Source: an uncultured Alphaproteobacteria bacterium
GTDB lineage: Bacteria > Pseudomonadota > Alphaproteobacteria > ATCC43930 > CGMCC-115725
Length of the DNA: 64,000 nucleotides
NCBI GenBank assembly: GCA_963775525.1
Contig: CAVZJF010000040.1
Coordinates: 4,697-68,696 of the forward strand
Reading direction: 5' to 3'
Made by a program: the position numbers and the translations under genes. Under the pieces are notes generated by a model. The model was not told the origin of the DNA, did no database searches, and worked only from the letters and a program-made list of their open reading frames with translations. Of this stretch, positions 35,685 through 45,533 are shown piece after piece (within the stretch, counting starts at the first letter, position 1; each line of letters begins with the position of its first letter).

Positions 35685-36959
35685 TCAAAGATGGCGGTGG
35701 TCGCGCAATGCGGCAACAACCAAGCTGCCGACCAGATAAGCTAGAGAGGCGGCCGCTAACACGAGTAGAACATTGCGAACTGCTCGCGGTTCAGTAGCCT
35801 CTTGCGGTGTTGTCGGCTTGATGAAATCGACAAGATACGTGTGCTGGCGCAGCGTCGCAGCGCGGGCTGAATTGAGCAAGGACAGCGCCGAGGTGTATAT
35901 TGCTTGGGACAATTGCTGCTCCAGCAACAAATTTTCATATTGGCCGAGCAGGCTCGCATAGTTCTTGTTGCCTTCCACCCCCGCCAGCAAGCCGCGGTCG
36001 GACCGCATCTGCTTTTCAAGAGCGGCGATCCAGGACTGGAGCCCCTGCACCACCGGGGTGTCAGGACGCGCGTAGGAAAGCGCGGCTTGGAGCTGGGCCC
36101 GGGCGCTGGACAGTTGGCCGAATGTCGTCCCGGCTACGGTCCCGACCGCGCCGGCCGTCGCGGGAGGGTCGATATCGCCATGGGCGTTGCGAAAATCCCT
36201 GATTTTGTTGTCGACGGCAGCAAGGCGCTGCTCCGCTCGCGCCACTTCGGAGCGAGCGAAATTCAGTAAATCCTCGCGCATCTGCCGGTAGGCGTCATTG
36301 AGCTTTTGTTGACCGAGTTGGACCAGGGTTTGCGCGATAAGCTGTGCATCGGCGGGGCTGAAAGCTTGGACCTGCACCTTGAGGACCGGATCAGACTGAT
36401 CCGAAGTGACAGCTACGTGATGCTGATAATAGCGCTGGAAGCGCTCGACCGACGCATTGACGGGCAACCGTGAGAACAAGTCGATCGAGCCTGCGTTCCA
36501 CATCTTGCGCAGACCGATCGCGTGGTCAGCGGCGAGCATCGCCTCGTTGGATTGCAAATAGTTCTGAACCATCTCCTGATCGGCGTTCGCGTCGCCGCCG
36601 CCGGAATTGTCGACCAACGACAACAGCGAAGACGCCGAGGAGCCGGAAGAGGCTGCTTTACCTAGCGCGGGAAGACCGCCGCCCGATCCGGAATCGGAAT
36701 TAAGGATCATCTGGGTTTCGGAGACATAACGGTCGCTGGCGATGAAGGCGTAATACAGCCCGGCGACCAGGGTCGGTAGTCCAACGCACAGCGCCAGTGC
36801 AGCGAACCGCCGGCGCTGCCGGGCCCGGCGGTCGTCGTAAAGCGTAGGAACCGGGCGTGTGATGGTCCCAACGATCAGCGCATCGGCGTGCCGCGGAGCC
36901 GGCGTCGGATTGTCGCCGCGGACGAGAATCCGCGGGCGACCGAGACCGCGAAGTTTCAT
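35685..36959 (-). CDS. kpsE: Capsule polysaccharide export inner-membrane protein, KpsE/CtrB family
   Basis: Intact 424-aa ORF. N-terminal transmembrane segment followed by FIASDRYVSETQMIL, a long coiled periplasmic region, and a C-terminal transmembrane segment ending AALRDHRHL (compare E. coli KpsE ...VIEDHRD). Confidence 0.8.
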   Translation of the reverse strand: MKLRGLGRPRILVRGDNPTPAPRHADALIVGTITRPVPTLYDDRRARQRRRFAALALCVGLPTLVAGLYYAFIASDRYVSETQMILNSDSGSGGGLPALGKAASSGSSASSLLSLVDNSGGGDANADQEMVQNYLQSNEAMLAADHAIGLRKMWNAGSIDLFSRLPVNASVERFQRYYQHHVAVTSDQSDPVLKVQVQAFSPADAQLIAQTLVQLGQQKLNDAYRQMREDLLNFARSEVARAEQRLAAVDNKIRDFRNAHGDIDPPATAGAVGTVAGTTFGQLSSARAQLQAALSYARPDTPVVQGLQSWIAALEKQMRSDRGLLAGVEGNKNYASLLGQYENLLLEQQLSQAIYTSALSLLNSARAATLRQHTYLVDFIKPTTPQEATEPRAVRNVLLVLAAASLAYLVGSLVVAALRDHRHL

Positions 36960-37162
36960 GACTACGATCCACGGCAGTAGAAATTCGCCACCTTATCAAT
37001 GCCGACAAGTAGCCTCAGATATCCGCGGCGAAGAACCATGCCTGCGTCGCAGTATTTATTAGAAAGGGTGGCGGTCAGTCGAGATGGCCGGCGAAGCAGC
37101 AAACAACAGGGTCCCGTCGGCCGACCGCGTCCAATGGCGCTTCGACCCCTCCGCCAGATAGT

Positions 37163-39013
37163 TCACGGCGCTATCACATAGCGCCGGGTCGATCGAACCA
37201 CCACCATCATCAGCGCGAGGCCGACGAAGACGAAGGTCAAGGGATAATGCCAATTCGCATAACGCGAGCGGTAGGACGCGAAAAATCCATCCCGCACGAA
37301 CTCGATCAAATGCAACAGCGGGTTGAACAGTGCAAAAAAACGCATTCGCGGCGGAAGCATGTTGGCATAATAAAAGGCGCCGGAAAAGAAAAACATAAGA
37401 CGAAAAAAAATTGTCTCGACCACCGCCAGACCAGGAATTACCAACTGCCCCAGGCCAAATAAAGTGCCGACGACCATTCCCAGAATGCTGATGCAGGTCA
37501 GCGCCGCCAACATGGTCAGCGGATCGTTGAGCTGCAGCGAGCCCTGATAGAGAGAAAGGCCGGCGACGATCAGCACGAGCACGACAAGACTAGTAAGGTA
37601 TTGCAGCAGGGAGCTCGCCAAGATGAGCAGCAAAGGCGTCACTTGTCGAAAATAGAGAAAATTCAGATTTGACCGAACCGCGCTGCTCGCGGCGGCCTGG
37701 ACGCGGAGATAGAAGCAGAAGAACGGGACAATCCCGGCCACGAGGAACGCTATTGTTGGCGTATTGTAAGGCTCGCGGCGGCCCGCCATCGCGTACACGA
37801 CACTGAGTGCGCCAACATATGCCAGCGGCTGGGCGATCGCCCATAAATATCCGATCCCGCTGTGATGATGGCCGGTCAGCAAATCGCGCACCATTATCGT
37901 GCGAAGGGTGCTGACAAAGCCAACGGCTGCGGCTCTTAGGCTCGGCCGGCGCTCGAGCGCCGGGTCGTCGAAGCGCGGTGCGAATTCGTTCGGGATGGCA
38001 ATCGAGCTGATCTCGGGCATGCCGGCATCGCCGTCCATCGGCCGACCGAGCTCCTGCTCCAACGACAGGATCGCCGATTTTAGACCAGGCACATCGGCGT
38101 TGGTGCGAAACGCTCTGGCCAAGGCAATTTCCGCCTGTTCGCCATTGCCGATCGCAAGGTATATGCGGCCCAGCTCGAGAAACGTGACGGCGTCGAGCGG
38201 GTCGAGACCAACGACAATCTTAAACAGGGCCAACGCTTCGTCGGTCTGACCGGTTTTGAACAGGGCCAATGCGCAAAGCCTGGCCGCAAAGCGGTAGATG
38301 TCGGAATATTCCGGGATCGCTTGCAGCTGCTCGATTGCTTCCTCGCAGCGGCCGAGCCGGATCAACACGTCGCCGAGCATCAGTCGCGCGGCGCTGTTGT
38401 CGGCGGCCAGCGCCACCGCCTGCTCGAAATATTGCGCCGCGATATCGAGATTTTTCATCCGCTCATGGGCTATGCCCAGCCGGGACCACAAGGCCGCGAC
38501 ACCCCCGCCGACGAAATAGTCCCGTTCGGTCTCTGCCGCCGCGCGATCGAGGACGGCTTCCATATCGCGCACGCCCTGTCTGTCGCCGTAGCGCGCGAAA
38601 CGGCAATTAGCTTCGAGATAGATCGCCAGCGGGTCGTCAGGAACGGCGGCCAGGGCTGCGCTCAGCCAATCGTCGGCATCCTCCGCTTTTTCCTCTCGCA
38701 GAAAGTAATCGCCTACCCGGAGCCGAACCTCCTGCGCGGCGGCGGCCGGCAGCAGCGCGTCGAGCCCGCCGACAAGCGCCTCGACTCGGTGATACAATGA
38801 CTGGCTGCGATTGGGATTATGCGCGGATATATCGGCCAACGCATCGACGGCGTCATCGAAATTTCGCACCATTACCTGGGTCACCGCCCACAGGACGCGC
38901 GCCCTCGGCGCCGTACCCTGCTTGCCCGCGCCGAGCACTGTGAGGATTCGATCCGCTTGCTCGTAGGCCCCGAGACGGAGGGCGGCAACCGCCCGATCGA
39001 CCTCGTCCACCAT
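37163..39013 (-). CDS. kpsM: ABC-2 type polysaccharide export permease (KpsM-like) with a ~350-aa N-terminal TPR domain
   Basis: The C-terminal ~260 aa are colinear with KpsM (GIGYLWAIAQPL...FNPLLHLIEFVRDGFF...). The N-terminal half has multiple TPR-like helix pairs. A start at 39013 follows AAGGGGGA; the track ORF extends to 39109. Confidence 0.75.
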   Translation of the reverse strand: MVDEVDRAVAALRLGAYEQADRILTVLGAGKQGTAPRARVLWAVTQVMVRNFDDAVDALADISAHNPNRSQSLYHRVEALVGGLDALLPAAAAQEVRLRVGDYFLREEKAEDADDWLSAALAAVPDDPLAIYLEANCRFARYGDRQGVRDMEAVLDRAAAETERDYFVGGGVAALWSRLGIAHERMKNLDIAAQYFEQAVALAADNSAARLMLGDVLIRLGRCEEAIEQLQAIPEYSDIYRFAARLCALALFKTGQTDEALALFKIVVGLDPLDAVTFLELGRIYLAIGNGEQAEIALARAFRTNADVPGLKSAILSLEQELGRPMDGDAGMPEISSIAIPNEFAPRFDDPALERRPSLRAAAVGFVSTLRTIMVRDLLTGHHHSGIGYLWAIAQPLAYVGALSVVYAMAGRREPYNTPTIAFLVAGIVPFFCFYLRVQAAASSAVRSNLNFLYFRQVTPLLLILASSLLQYLTSLVVLVLIVAGLSLYQGSLQLNDPLTMLAALTCISILGMVVGTLFGLGQLVIPGLAVVETIFFRLMFFFSGAFYYANMLPPRMRFFALFNPLLHLIEFVRDGFFASYRSRYANWHYPLTFVFVGLALMMVVVRSTRRYVIAP

Positions 39014-39245
39014 CGTCCCCCTTCGCCGCGGCGAGGCTGTATGCGCGCGCCCAGGATAATTTACAAGAAGGCGCTCTGAGGCTGGGCAAGAATCCCGGCG
39101 CATCGACAACGTGCGTGCTTCAAGACACGCTTCGGCTGCGCCGGAGCGCTCCGCGGAATTGGTTGCGATCGAAATCAGTTGCGGAGCGGCGTCCGAGACG
39201 GAGAATCACGCCTAATTAATTGGGAAATCCGAGGAATGTCGGATA

Positions 39246-42200
39246 ATGAGGGCGCTTTCGGAGACGGCGGCCACGGCGCTTGGAATAGGTTCTATGTCAC
39301 CCGACGAAGAAGTAGAGGCTCAAGGCGCTAAAAACATTACCCTCGAAAACATGATTTCCTATTCGGGTGATGCGCCGGCGTCGCTCGAGACGTTCGACCT
39401 TGCCCTGTTCAAGCGGCTCAATGCGGAGTTCGCCGCCGCTCCCCTTGTCCCCGCCCCGCGCGAGCAAAATACCGCTACACGACCGAGATCGGCCGCAGGC
39501 GCGGCAAGATGCTGGAGCGCAAGATCGGGATCGATCACCTGCGCGTGATCGAGGTCGGTTGCGGCGACGGCATGCTGTCGCGGCTGCTGGCGCGCGAGCA
39601 TTCCTGTGAGGTCGTGGGTGTCGACGTGTGCGTCTATGACGATTGGACAGCGCCCGCGGAGGGCGATCTGACCTATCTCGTCCACGACATCAGCACCGGT
39701 GACAATGCTGCGCTCGGCCTCTTCGATCGCGTCGTCTCCTTTGCCGTCTTCGAGCACATCGTGCATCCGCATGGCGCGCTGAAGGCTGTCTACGACCTGC
39801 TGAAGCCCAACGGCAAGGCTTACATCTATGCCAATCTCTATCGCGGCGCGAAAGCGTCGCATCGCTATCGCGAGGTATCTTTTCCTTGGCCGCACCTGTT
39901 GTTTCAAGCCTCGGTCTGGCAGGAGTTCTACATCGAGCTTTTCGGGGAGCCGATGCAGGCGGCCTGGGTCAACAAGCTGACCTATGACCAATACGTCAAC
40001 ATGGCGCAGCGCGTCGGCTTCAGGATTGTCGAGCATTTTCCATCCGCACCGTATTTCAACGAGGACTTTTACCGGCGGTTCGAATACGAGCTCGCGGCCT
40101 ATCCTAAATTCGACCTGATGCACGATTTCATTCATCTCGTGCTCGAAAAGCCCGGCGCGGCCGTCGAGCCGATGCGCGATCGACGCTCGCTTTTGGACTA
40201 CCCACCGCAAAGGAGGGACGACGAGGAAACCTATGCCAGGCTGTTCTGGCGCAGCGTTAGGGCTGAGAGCCCCGATTGGCTGGGTTACGAAGCGCGTTGG
40301 CGGCAATCGCGCCGGAACGCAGCGACCGCGATCGACGACGGCCAACCTTGGGTCACCTATCCCGCGATCGATTTTCTCGAGCGGCATCTGACCGCGCGCC
40401 ATCGCGTGTTCGAATGGGGCTCGGGCGGCTCGACCTTGTTCTTCGCCGCACGGGCTGGCGAGGTGATTTCGGTCGAGCATGATCGCGGCTGGTTCGAAAA
40501 GGTTCGGGACCGCATCGCGGCGAAGCCCAATGTTTCCCATCGGCTGATCGAGCCGGTCGAGGAATTGCCTGGTGAGGAATTGGCTGGCGAGGAATTGCCC
40601 GGGAGCTGGCGCTACAGTTCGGGTGCGCGCGGCTGCGAGGGCCTGAGCTTTCAGGCCTATGTCAAAGCGATCGAGGCGCAGGACGACGCCTCGCTTGATC
40701 TCGTTGTCGTCGACGGCCGCTCGCGGATGGGCTGCGTGTCGGCCGCTGCCGCCAAAGTCGCGCACGGTGGCTGGCTGTTGCTCGACAACGCCAATTATCC
40801 GCGGTACCGCGAACGGCTGGACGAGCTGCGGGACGGCGTTTTGCAGGGCTGGCGCGAAATCGGTCTCGCCGGCCCCGGCCCCTATTCGCGCACGCCTTGC
40901 TGGGAAACCGTGATCTGGGAGCGCCCGCGCGAGGCGGCGCGAGCGGTGTCGGGACATGCCGCCGCCCTCCGGCAAGCCTTGGCGAAATTGCCGGTACGGC
41001 CCTACGACCGCGAGCTCGCGGGAGAGATTTTGGAAATCGGCGGGTTCGAATTTGAGCTTGGAGAGCGATTTAGCTGGGAAGACCATGCGGAATCTCCCCG
41101 TAGCCGAAGCTTGTTTCTACAATCATGGCACCCGCTGGAGCCACTTTTTATAGATTATGCCGAAAATCAGGATCCGAACGTATTGCAGTCTATTTGCCAG
41201 AAAGTTTGCGGGTGGCTCGCGCTCTTTGGCAATGTTCCGCTTGCTCGTCCTCCTCGAGACACGGCCGAGCATCCAGGCGTTTTCATTGCTGCCGATACTG
41301 CGATCGGTAGTCGCTTCTACCGCCTGGCCTATCTGGTCGCTGCGACAGCGACCGTCACCGCGATCGACGACGCGATCTTCGAAGAGCTGCTCGGCGCCCT
41401 GCTCGCTCACCGCCTCGCCCTTGCACTCGATGAAAATTTTGCGCCTCATTCGAATCATGGCGTGCTGCAGGCGCTGGCGCAGGTCTGCGGAGCTTTCCGC
41501 TTTCTGACGCTCGAAGATCCCTTTGCGTCGATGCTCGGCATGGCGGAGGCCTATGATCAGGGTAAACATCGCCTGATTGCCGTGCTCAGCGCACAGGTCT
41601 GCGCCGATGGCGTTCATCGCGAGCACTCGCCGATGTACCACGTCATTGTGACGAATGCCCTCGAGTGGATCGTGACCCAAGGTATCGTTACTGACGCCTC
41701 CTTGCTCGATATCGCCGGTCGAATGCAGGCAGCAGCCTGGTGGATGTTTGATTCCCGCGGCCGCATCGCCAACCTGGGCGATTCCGATCTCGAGCCCGAC
41801 CTGACTTGCGACGCCCGCGGTGCTGACCGCGCCTCGCCGCAGGCGCCGGCACATGCCGTGTTTCCCGAAGGCGGCTATTGGTTTGTAAAGGGACCGGGCG
41901 TCTTTCTCGCGCAAACGGCGGCGTTCCATTCGCGCGTTCACAAGCAGGCCGACACATGCGCTTTTCTCTGGCGCGACCGCGGTCTGGATATCCTGATCGA
42001 TGCCGGCCGCTTTGGTTACGTCGGGCGCACGGCGCCGGGAGAGCCTGCCTTTCAAGAGGGGTTCTGGTACGCGGACGCGAGGCGGCGCTATGTCGAGTCG
42101 ACGAATGCCCATAACACCCTCTGCGTCGATCGGCGCAATCACCCGCGCTCGCGCAGCCAGTCCTTCGGGTCGGGGATCGTGGCCGCCGTCGAGCGCGATC

Positions 42201-42762
42201 GCGTATTTGCCTGCGAGTCCAGCATCCAGAATTTGCCGCGGCTGACCCATATGCGCGTACTGGCGCTGAAGCCGGGGGAGTGGTTGCTCTGCATCGACAC
42301 CGTTCGCGCCCGCGACGGCTTGTCCCATCTGGCGACGCAGAATTTCCATCTGCATCCTGCTTGGAATCTGGAGCGGCAGGGCGAGAGCAACGCTCTCTTC
42401 GGGCACGCTTCCGGGGCCACCTTGGTTATGACGTGCATGTTTGAAGGTGCGCGCGTCAGCGATATGGCGCGCGGGCGCGGCGTGCCCGAAAGGGACGATC
42501 CCGACGAGCTGTTCGGCTGGTGGTCACCCCGCCATATGCATTCGAACCCTGCGAAGCGATCAGCGTGAGCGCGGAGGGCAGTTACGTTACCCTCGCTACG
42601 CTATTCACGTTCGGCGATGTCGAGATTGACCGCGCGTTCACGAGTTTCAACACGACAAGGCGGCGTCTGCGCTTCCGCTGGAGGGGGCCTGAGGGCACGC
42701 AGACGCTGACGCTTGACCGTGACAATGTCGCGGCCGGCCAAAGCCGGCTGGCGATCCTGTAG
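39246..42762 (+). pseudogene. Tri-domain protein: class I SAM methyltransferase + second methyltransferase-fold domain + heparinase II/III-like domain; probably 2 frame breaks at the extreme ends
   Basis: The core is a 1019-aa intact ORF (39509-42568) with VIEVGCGDG...FEHIVHP, then VFEWGSGGSTLFFA...VVDGRSR, then HSNHG...EHSPMYH...NAHNTL. The upstream frame (FDLALFKRLNAEFAAAPLVPAPREQN) joins near 39470. The downstream frame (YAFEPCEAISVSAEG...) joins near 42530. Confidence 0.65.
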
Positions 42763-42774
42763 CTGCCGCGGCGG

Positions 42775-42845
42775 GTTACGCTTCGCCCGCCCGCCCTGCG
42801 CGCTGTAGTATTGCAGGTCGGGCGGACGAGCCCGCCGAACCCACG
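42775..42845. repeat. REP-type imperfect palindrome
   Basis: GGTTACGCTTCGCCCGCCCGCCCTGC and GCAGGTCGGGCGGACGAGCCCGCCGAACC form a long imperfect hairpin. Confidence 0.5.
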
Positions 42846-42904
42846 CGCGGGCGGATCGAGCCGCCGAGGTTTGTCCTCATTTCGCCACAGGGAAGGACAG
42901 CAGC

Positions 42905-43363
42905 ATGACCACAGCAAAGGGCTTTGTCGTACCCGCGGGCGGCGGGAAGCATTTCGATAGTCCGACGCCGGGCCGCTCCTTTGCCTTAAAGCTCCTCGGC
43001 CATGAGACCGATGAGAGCATCATGCTGTTTGAGGAAACCCTGCCCGCCGGCACCAAGAGCCTCCTCCATCTGCACCGCGACAGCGACGAGGTCGCCTGGG
43101 TGCTCGCCGGCGAGATCACCTTTCAGATCGGCGACGAGGTCACCGTCGGCGGGCCCGGCGCCTGCGCGTTCATGCCGCGCAATCTCCCGCATGCGTGGAA
43201 GAACAGCGGCGGCGACACCGGCCGCGTGTTGTTTCTCTACACCCCGGCCGGCGCCGGCGGCCTCATCGAGGACCTCGCGGAGCGCCGCCCGGCGAACGCC
43301 GACGAACACAACAAACTCTTCCAGCGCCATCGCTGGGAAGTCGTCGGCCCAAACCCGCTTTGA
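42905..43363 (+). CDS. Cupin domain protein
   Basis: Intact 152-aa ORF with cupin motifs (LHLHRDSDEVAWVLAGE...PRNLPHAWKN). Confidence 0.75.
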   Translation: MTTAKGFVVPAGGGKHFDSPTPGRSFALKLLGHETDESIMLFEETLPAGTKSLLHLHRDSDEVAWVLAGEITFQIGDEVTVGGPGACAFMPRNLPHAWKNSGGDTGRVLFLYTPAGAGGLIEDLAERRPANADEHNKLFQRHRWEVVGPNPL

Positions 43364-43423
43364 GGGCGACGCCTTTGCGCGGGTGCCCTCCGAAATAATC
43401 GGCGTCCGGTTCGTCGGGGGTGT

Positions 43424-43487
43424 GTAGCGCAGGGCAACCCGCCATCGGTTCCGGCGGGCGCGGCGGGTCGAACCCGCCCTGCGCTTG
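43424..43487. repeat. REP-type hairpin (AGCGCAGGGC ... GCCCTGCGCT)
   Basis: Perfect 10-nt inverted repeat with additional internal pairing, located just after the cupin stop. Confidence 0.5.
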
Positions 43488-43557
43488 ACGAGAAGGCTTT
43501 CGACGACCGCTCCGGTTTTGTACACTCTCGCAACGTCTCAAAAAGGAGTGCCCGGAC

Positions 43558-44505
43558 ATGACGGAAGGTGCGCAGAGGACAAGGTTCACGGCAGGACCGC
43601 TGACGTTCGTCGTCAGACATGAACTGTGGGACGGCAACATCCACGATCACGCCGACCAGGGTGTCTCGATCGCAGTAGCGGCGGATGTCGCCGGCAAAGA
43701 GACGACGCTGTTGCGGTTTAACTGCTTCGACCAGGAAAAAAGCTACGTCTACGGGCCGGAAAATCATGATCAGGCAGGATCGACGACGCCGGGTGACCTG
43801 CCCGAAACCCTGAGCGGGTCGGTCAAGCTCTACCGAATGGACCCGATCGCCGACGGCAACCCGATCGGCTGGACGACCCGGACGCTGGAGAAGAAGCTGC
43901 CGAAGATGCTGGAGCGAGCCGGCTACCCGCAAATCGCCGCGGCGACCGATCTCACCGAGGCGCGGCGCGTCCTGCCCGAGGTCGAAGCCTGCGCCAGGGA
44001 ATTGTTCGCCGCCAAGCGCAACACCGTAAAGCATAACCGCGGCACGGACATCTTCGATGCCGGGAATATCCGGTTCGGGCTCGAGATGCGGCGGCAGGCT
44101 GGGGGAGACGGCGGGCTCGCCGTCCATGTCCTGACGGATGTCGGCGGGTCGATGGGGAAAGCTTATGTCGAAGAAACCGAGATCCTTGCCTTCGACTGTT
44201 TCTGGCAATTCCCGCATTACCACTACGGCCCGCGCAACAAGAATCACCGCATTTTTTGGGACAAGACCCTGGTCGAGGATCCGCTCGGCTGGGTGTTCGA
44301 CCAGTTCGAGAACCGAAAACTGGGGCTCATGATCGAGCGGGCGGGTTACCCGGGAGTCGCGGCCGATCTCGACCTCGAAAAAATCGCCTCCCTTCTGCCG
44401 GTGGTAAAGCAGAAGGCGCGCGAGATGCAGGCGGAAGGCGAGAGACTGACCGGCCACCCGGGGTTGCCGTTGGAGCCGACCCCGAACCTGGCCGGCGGCG
44501 GCTAA
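43558..44505 (+). CDS. Unknown protein, 315 aa, made of two homologous ~150-aa halves
   Basis: Intact ORF. LLRFNCFDQEKSYVYGPEN...GWTTRTLEKKLPKMLERAGYPQIA is mirrored by ILAFDCFWQFPHYHYGPRN...GWVFDQFENRKLGLMIERAGYPGVA. Confidence 0.6.
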   Translation: MTEGAQRTRFTAGPLTFVVRHELWDGNIHDHADQGVSIAVAADVAGKETTLLRFNCFDQEKSYVYGPENHDQAGSTTPGDLPETLSGSVKLYRMDPIADGNPIGWTTRTLEKKLPKMLERAGYPQIAAATDLTEARRVLPEVEACARELFAAKRNTVKHNRGTDIFDAGNIRFGLEMRRQAGGDGGLAVHVLTDVGGSMGKAYVEETEILAFDCFWQFPHYHYGPRNKNHRIFWDKTLVEDPLGWVFDQFENRKLGLMIERAGYPGVAADLDLEKIASLLPVVKQKAREMQAEGERLTGHPGLPLEPTPNLAGGG

Positions 44506-44699
44506 AGCGCACAAGCCCGCACGCAGGCGGGTGCGGCGCCCGGTCGCCCGCCTGCGGTGCGCTGGCGCGACCGCGGGGTGCACTCTGCGCACTCCCCCGG
44601 CGTCGCGTGGCTCGCGGTAGCGGGTTGCCGAGTTGGCTGGTATACCATATACCATGCGGGATGCGCGAACCCGGCCCGCGACCAAGCCCCACCCTCGAC

Positions 44700-45401
44700 A
44701 TGCCGCGGCTCGACACCGGCGCCAGCTTTCGCAAGGAAGCCTATGCGGCGTTGAAGCGGGCGATCACCGCGATGGACATCTACAACCATCCGCAGGAGAT
44801 CCGGCTCGACGAGCGGCGGCTCTCGGAGGGGCTGGGCGTCAGCCGCACGCCGATCCGCGAGGCGATGACACTGCTTGAGCAGGAGGGCTTTGTCCGCACC
44901 CGGCCGCGCCGCGGCATCTATGTCGTGCGCAAGTCGAAGCGCGAGATCGTCGAGACGATCACGGTCATGGCGGCGCTCGAAAGCATGGCGGCGCGGCTCG
45001 CCGCCGAGCGCGCCGCCGACGCGGAAATCGCCGAATTGCGCCGGCTGATGGATGCGTTCCACAATGGGCCGGATGGACAAACAGAGGGCGGCGAGCGGCT
45101 CGAGGAATATTCCGACGCCAACATTGCTTTCCACCAGGCGATCATCCGCATGAGCGGCTCCGCGCTGCTCGCCGAGATGACCGAAAACCTGTTCATCCAC
45201 ATGCGCGCGATCCGCAAGATCACGATCCACCAGGACAACCGGGCGGCGCGCTCGATTGCCGACCACATGCGGATCATCGAGGCGCTCGAACGCCGTGACC
45301 CGGAACTTGCCGAGCGGCTGGCGCGCGAGCACACCTTGGGGCTCGCAGCACACGTCGAAGAGCACGGCGATTTTCTCGACGCGACGCGCGACGATGTTTA
45401 G
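44700..45401 (+). CDS. GntR family transcriptional regulator (FadR/FCD subfamily)
   Basis: Winged helix-turn-helix (LSEGLGVSRTPIREAMTLLEQEGFV) followed by an all-helical FCD-like C-terminal domain. Alternative starts lie upstream in the same frame. Confidence 0.85.
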   Translation: MPRLDTGASFRKEAYAALKRAITAMDIYNHPQEIRLDERRLSEGLGVSRTPIREAMTLLEQEGFVRTRPRRGIYVVRKSKREIVETITVMAALESMAARLAAERAADAEIAELRRLMDAFHNGPDGQTEGGERLEEYSDANIAFHQAIIRMSGSALLAEMTENLFIHMRAIRKITIHQDNRAARSIADHMRIIEALERRDPELAERLAREHTLGLAAHVEEHGDFLDATRDDV

Positions 45402-45471
45402 GATTTTTATCAAGCCTCCGATCGTCACCCTTGCGCTAGCAGGGGTCCCGGGCGACCCCTATGCTCCTGCC

Positions 45472-45502
45472 GCCCTGGGCTCCCGCTTTCGCGGGAATGA
45501 CG
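45472..45502. repeat. REP family A copy (inverted orientation)
   Basis: The reverse complement CGTCATTCCCGCGAAAGCGGGAGCCCAGGGC differs by 1 nt from the 5586 copy. Confidence 0.75.
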
Positions 45503-45533
45503 TTGAGGAGCAGTCGAGCTCGGGAAAGAAACG

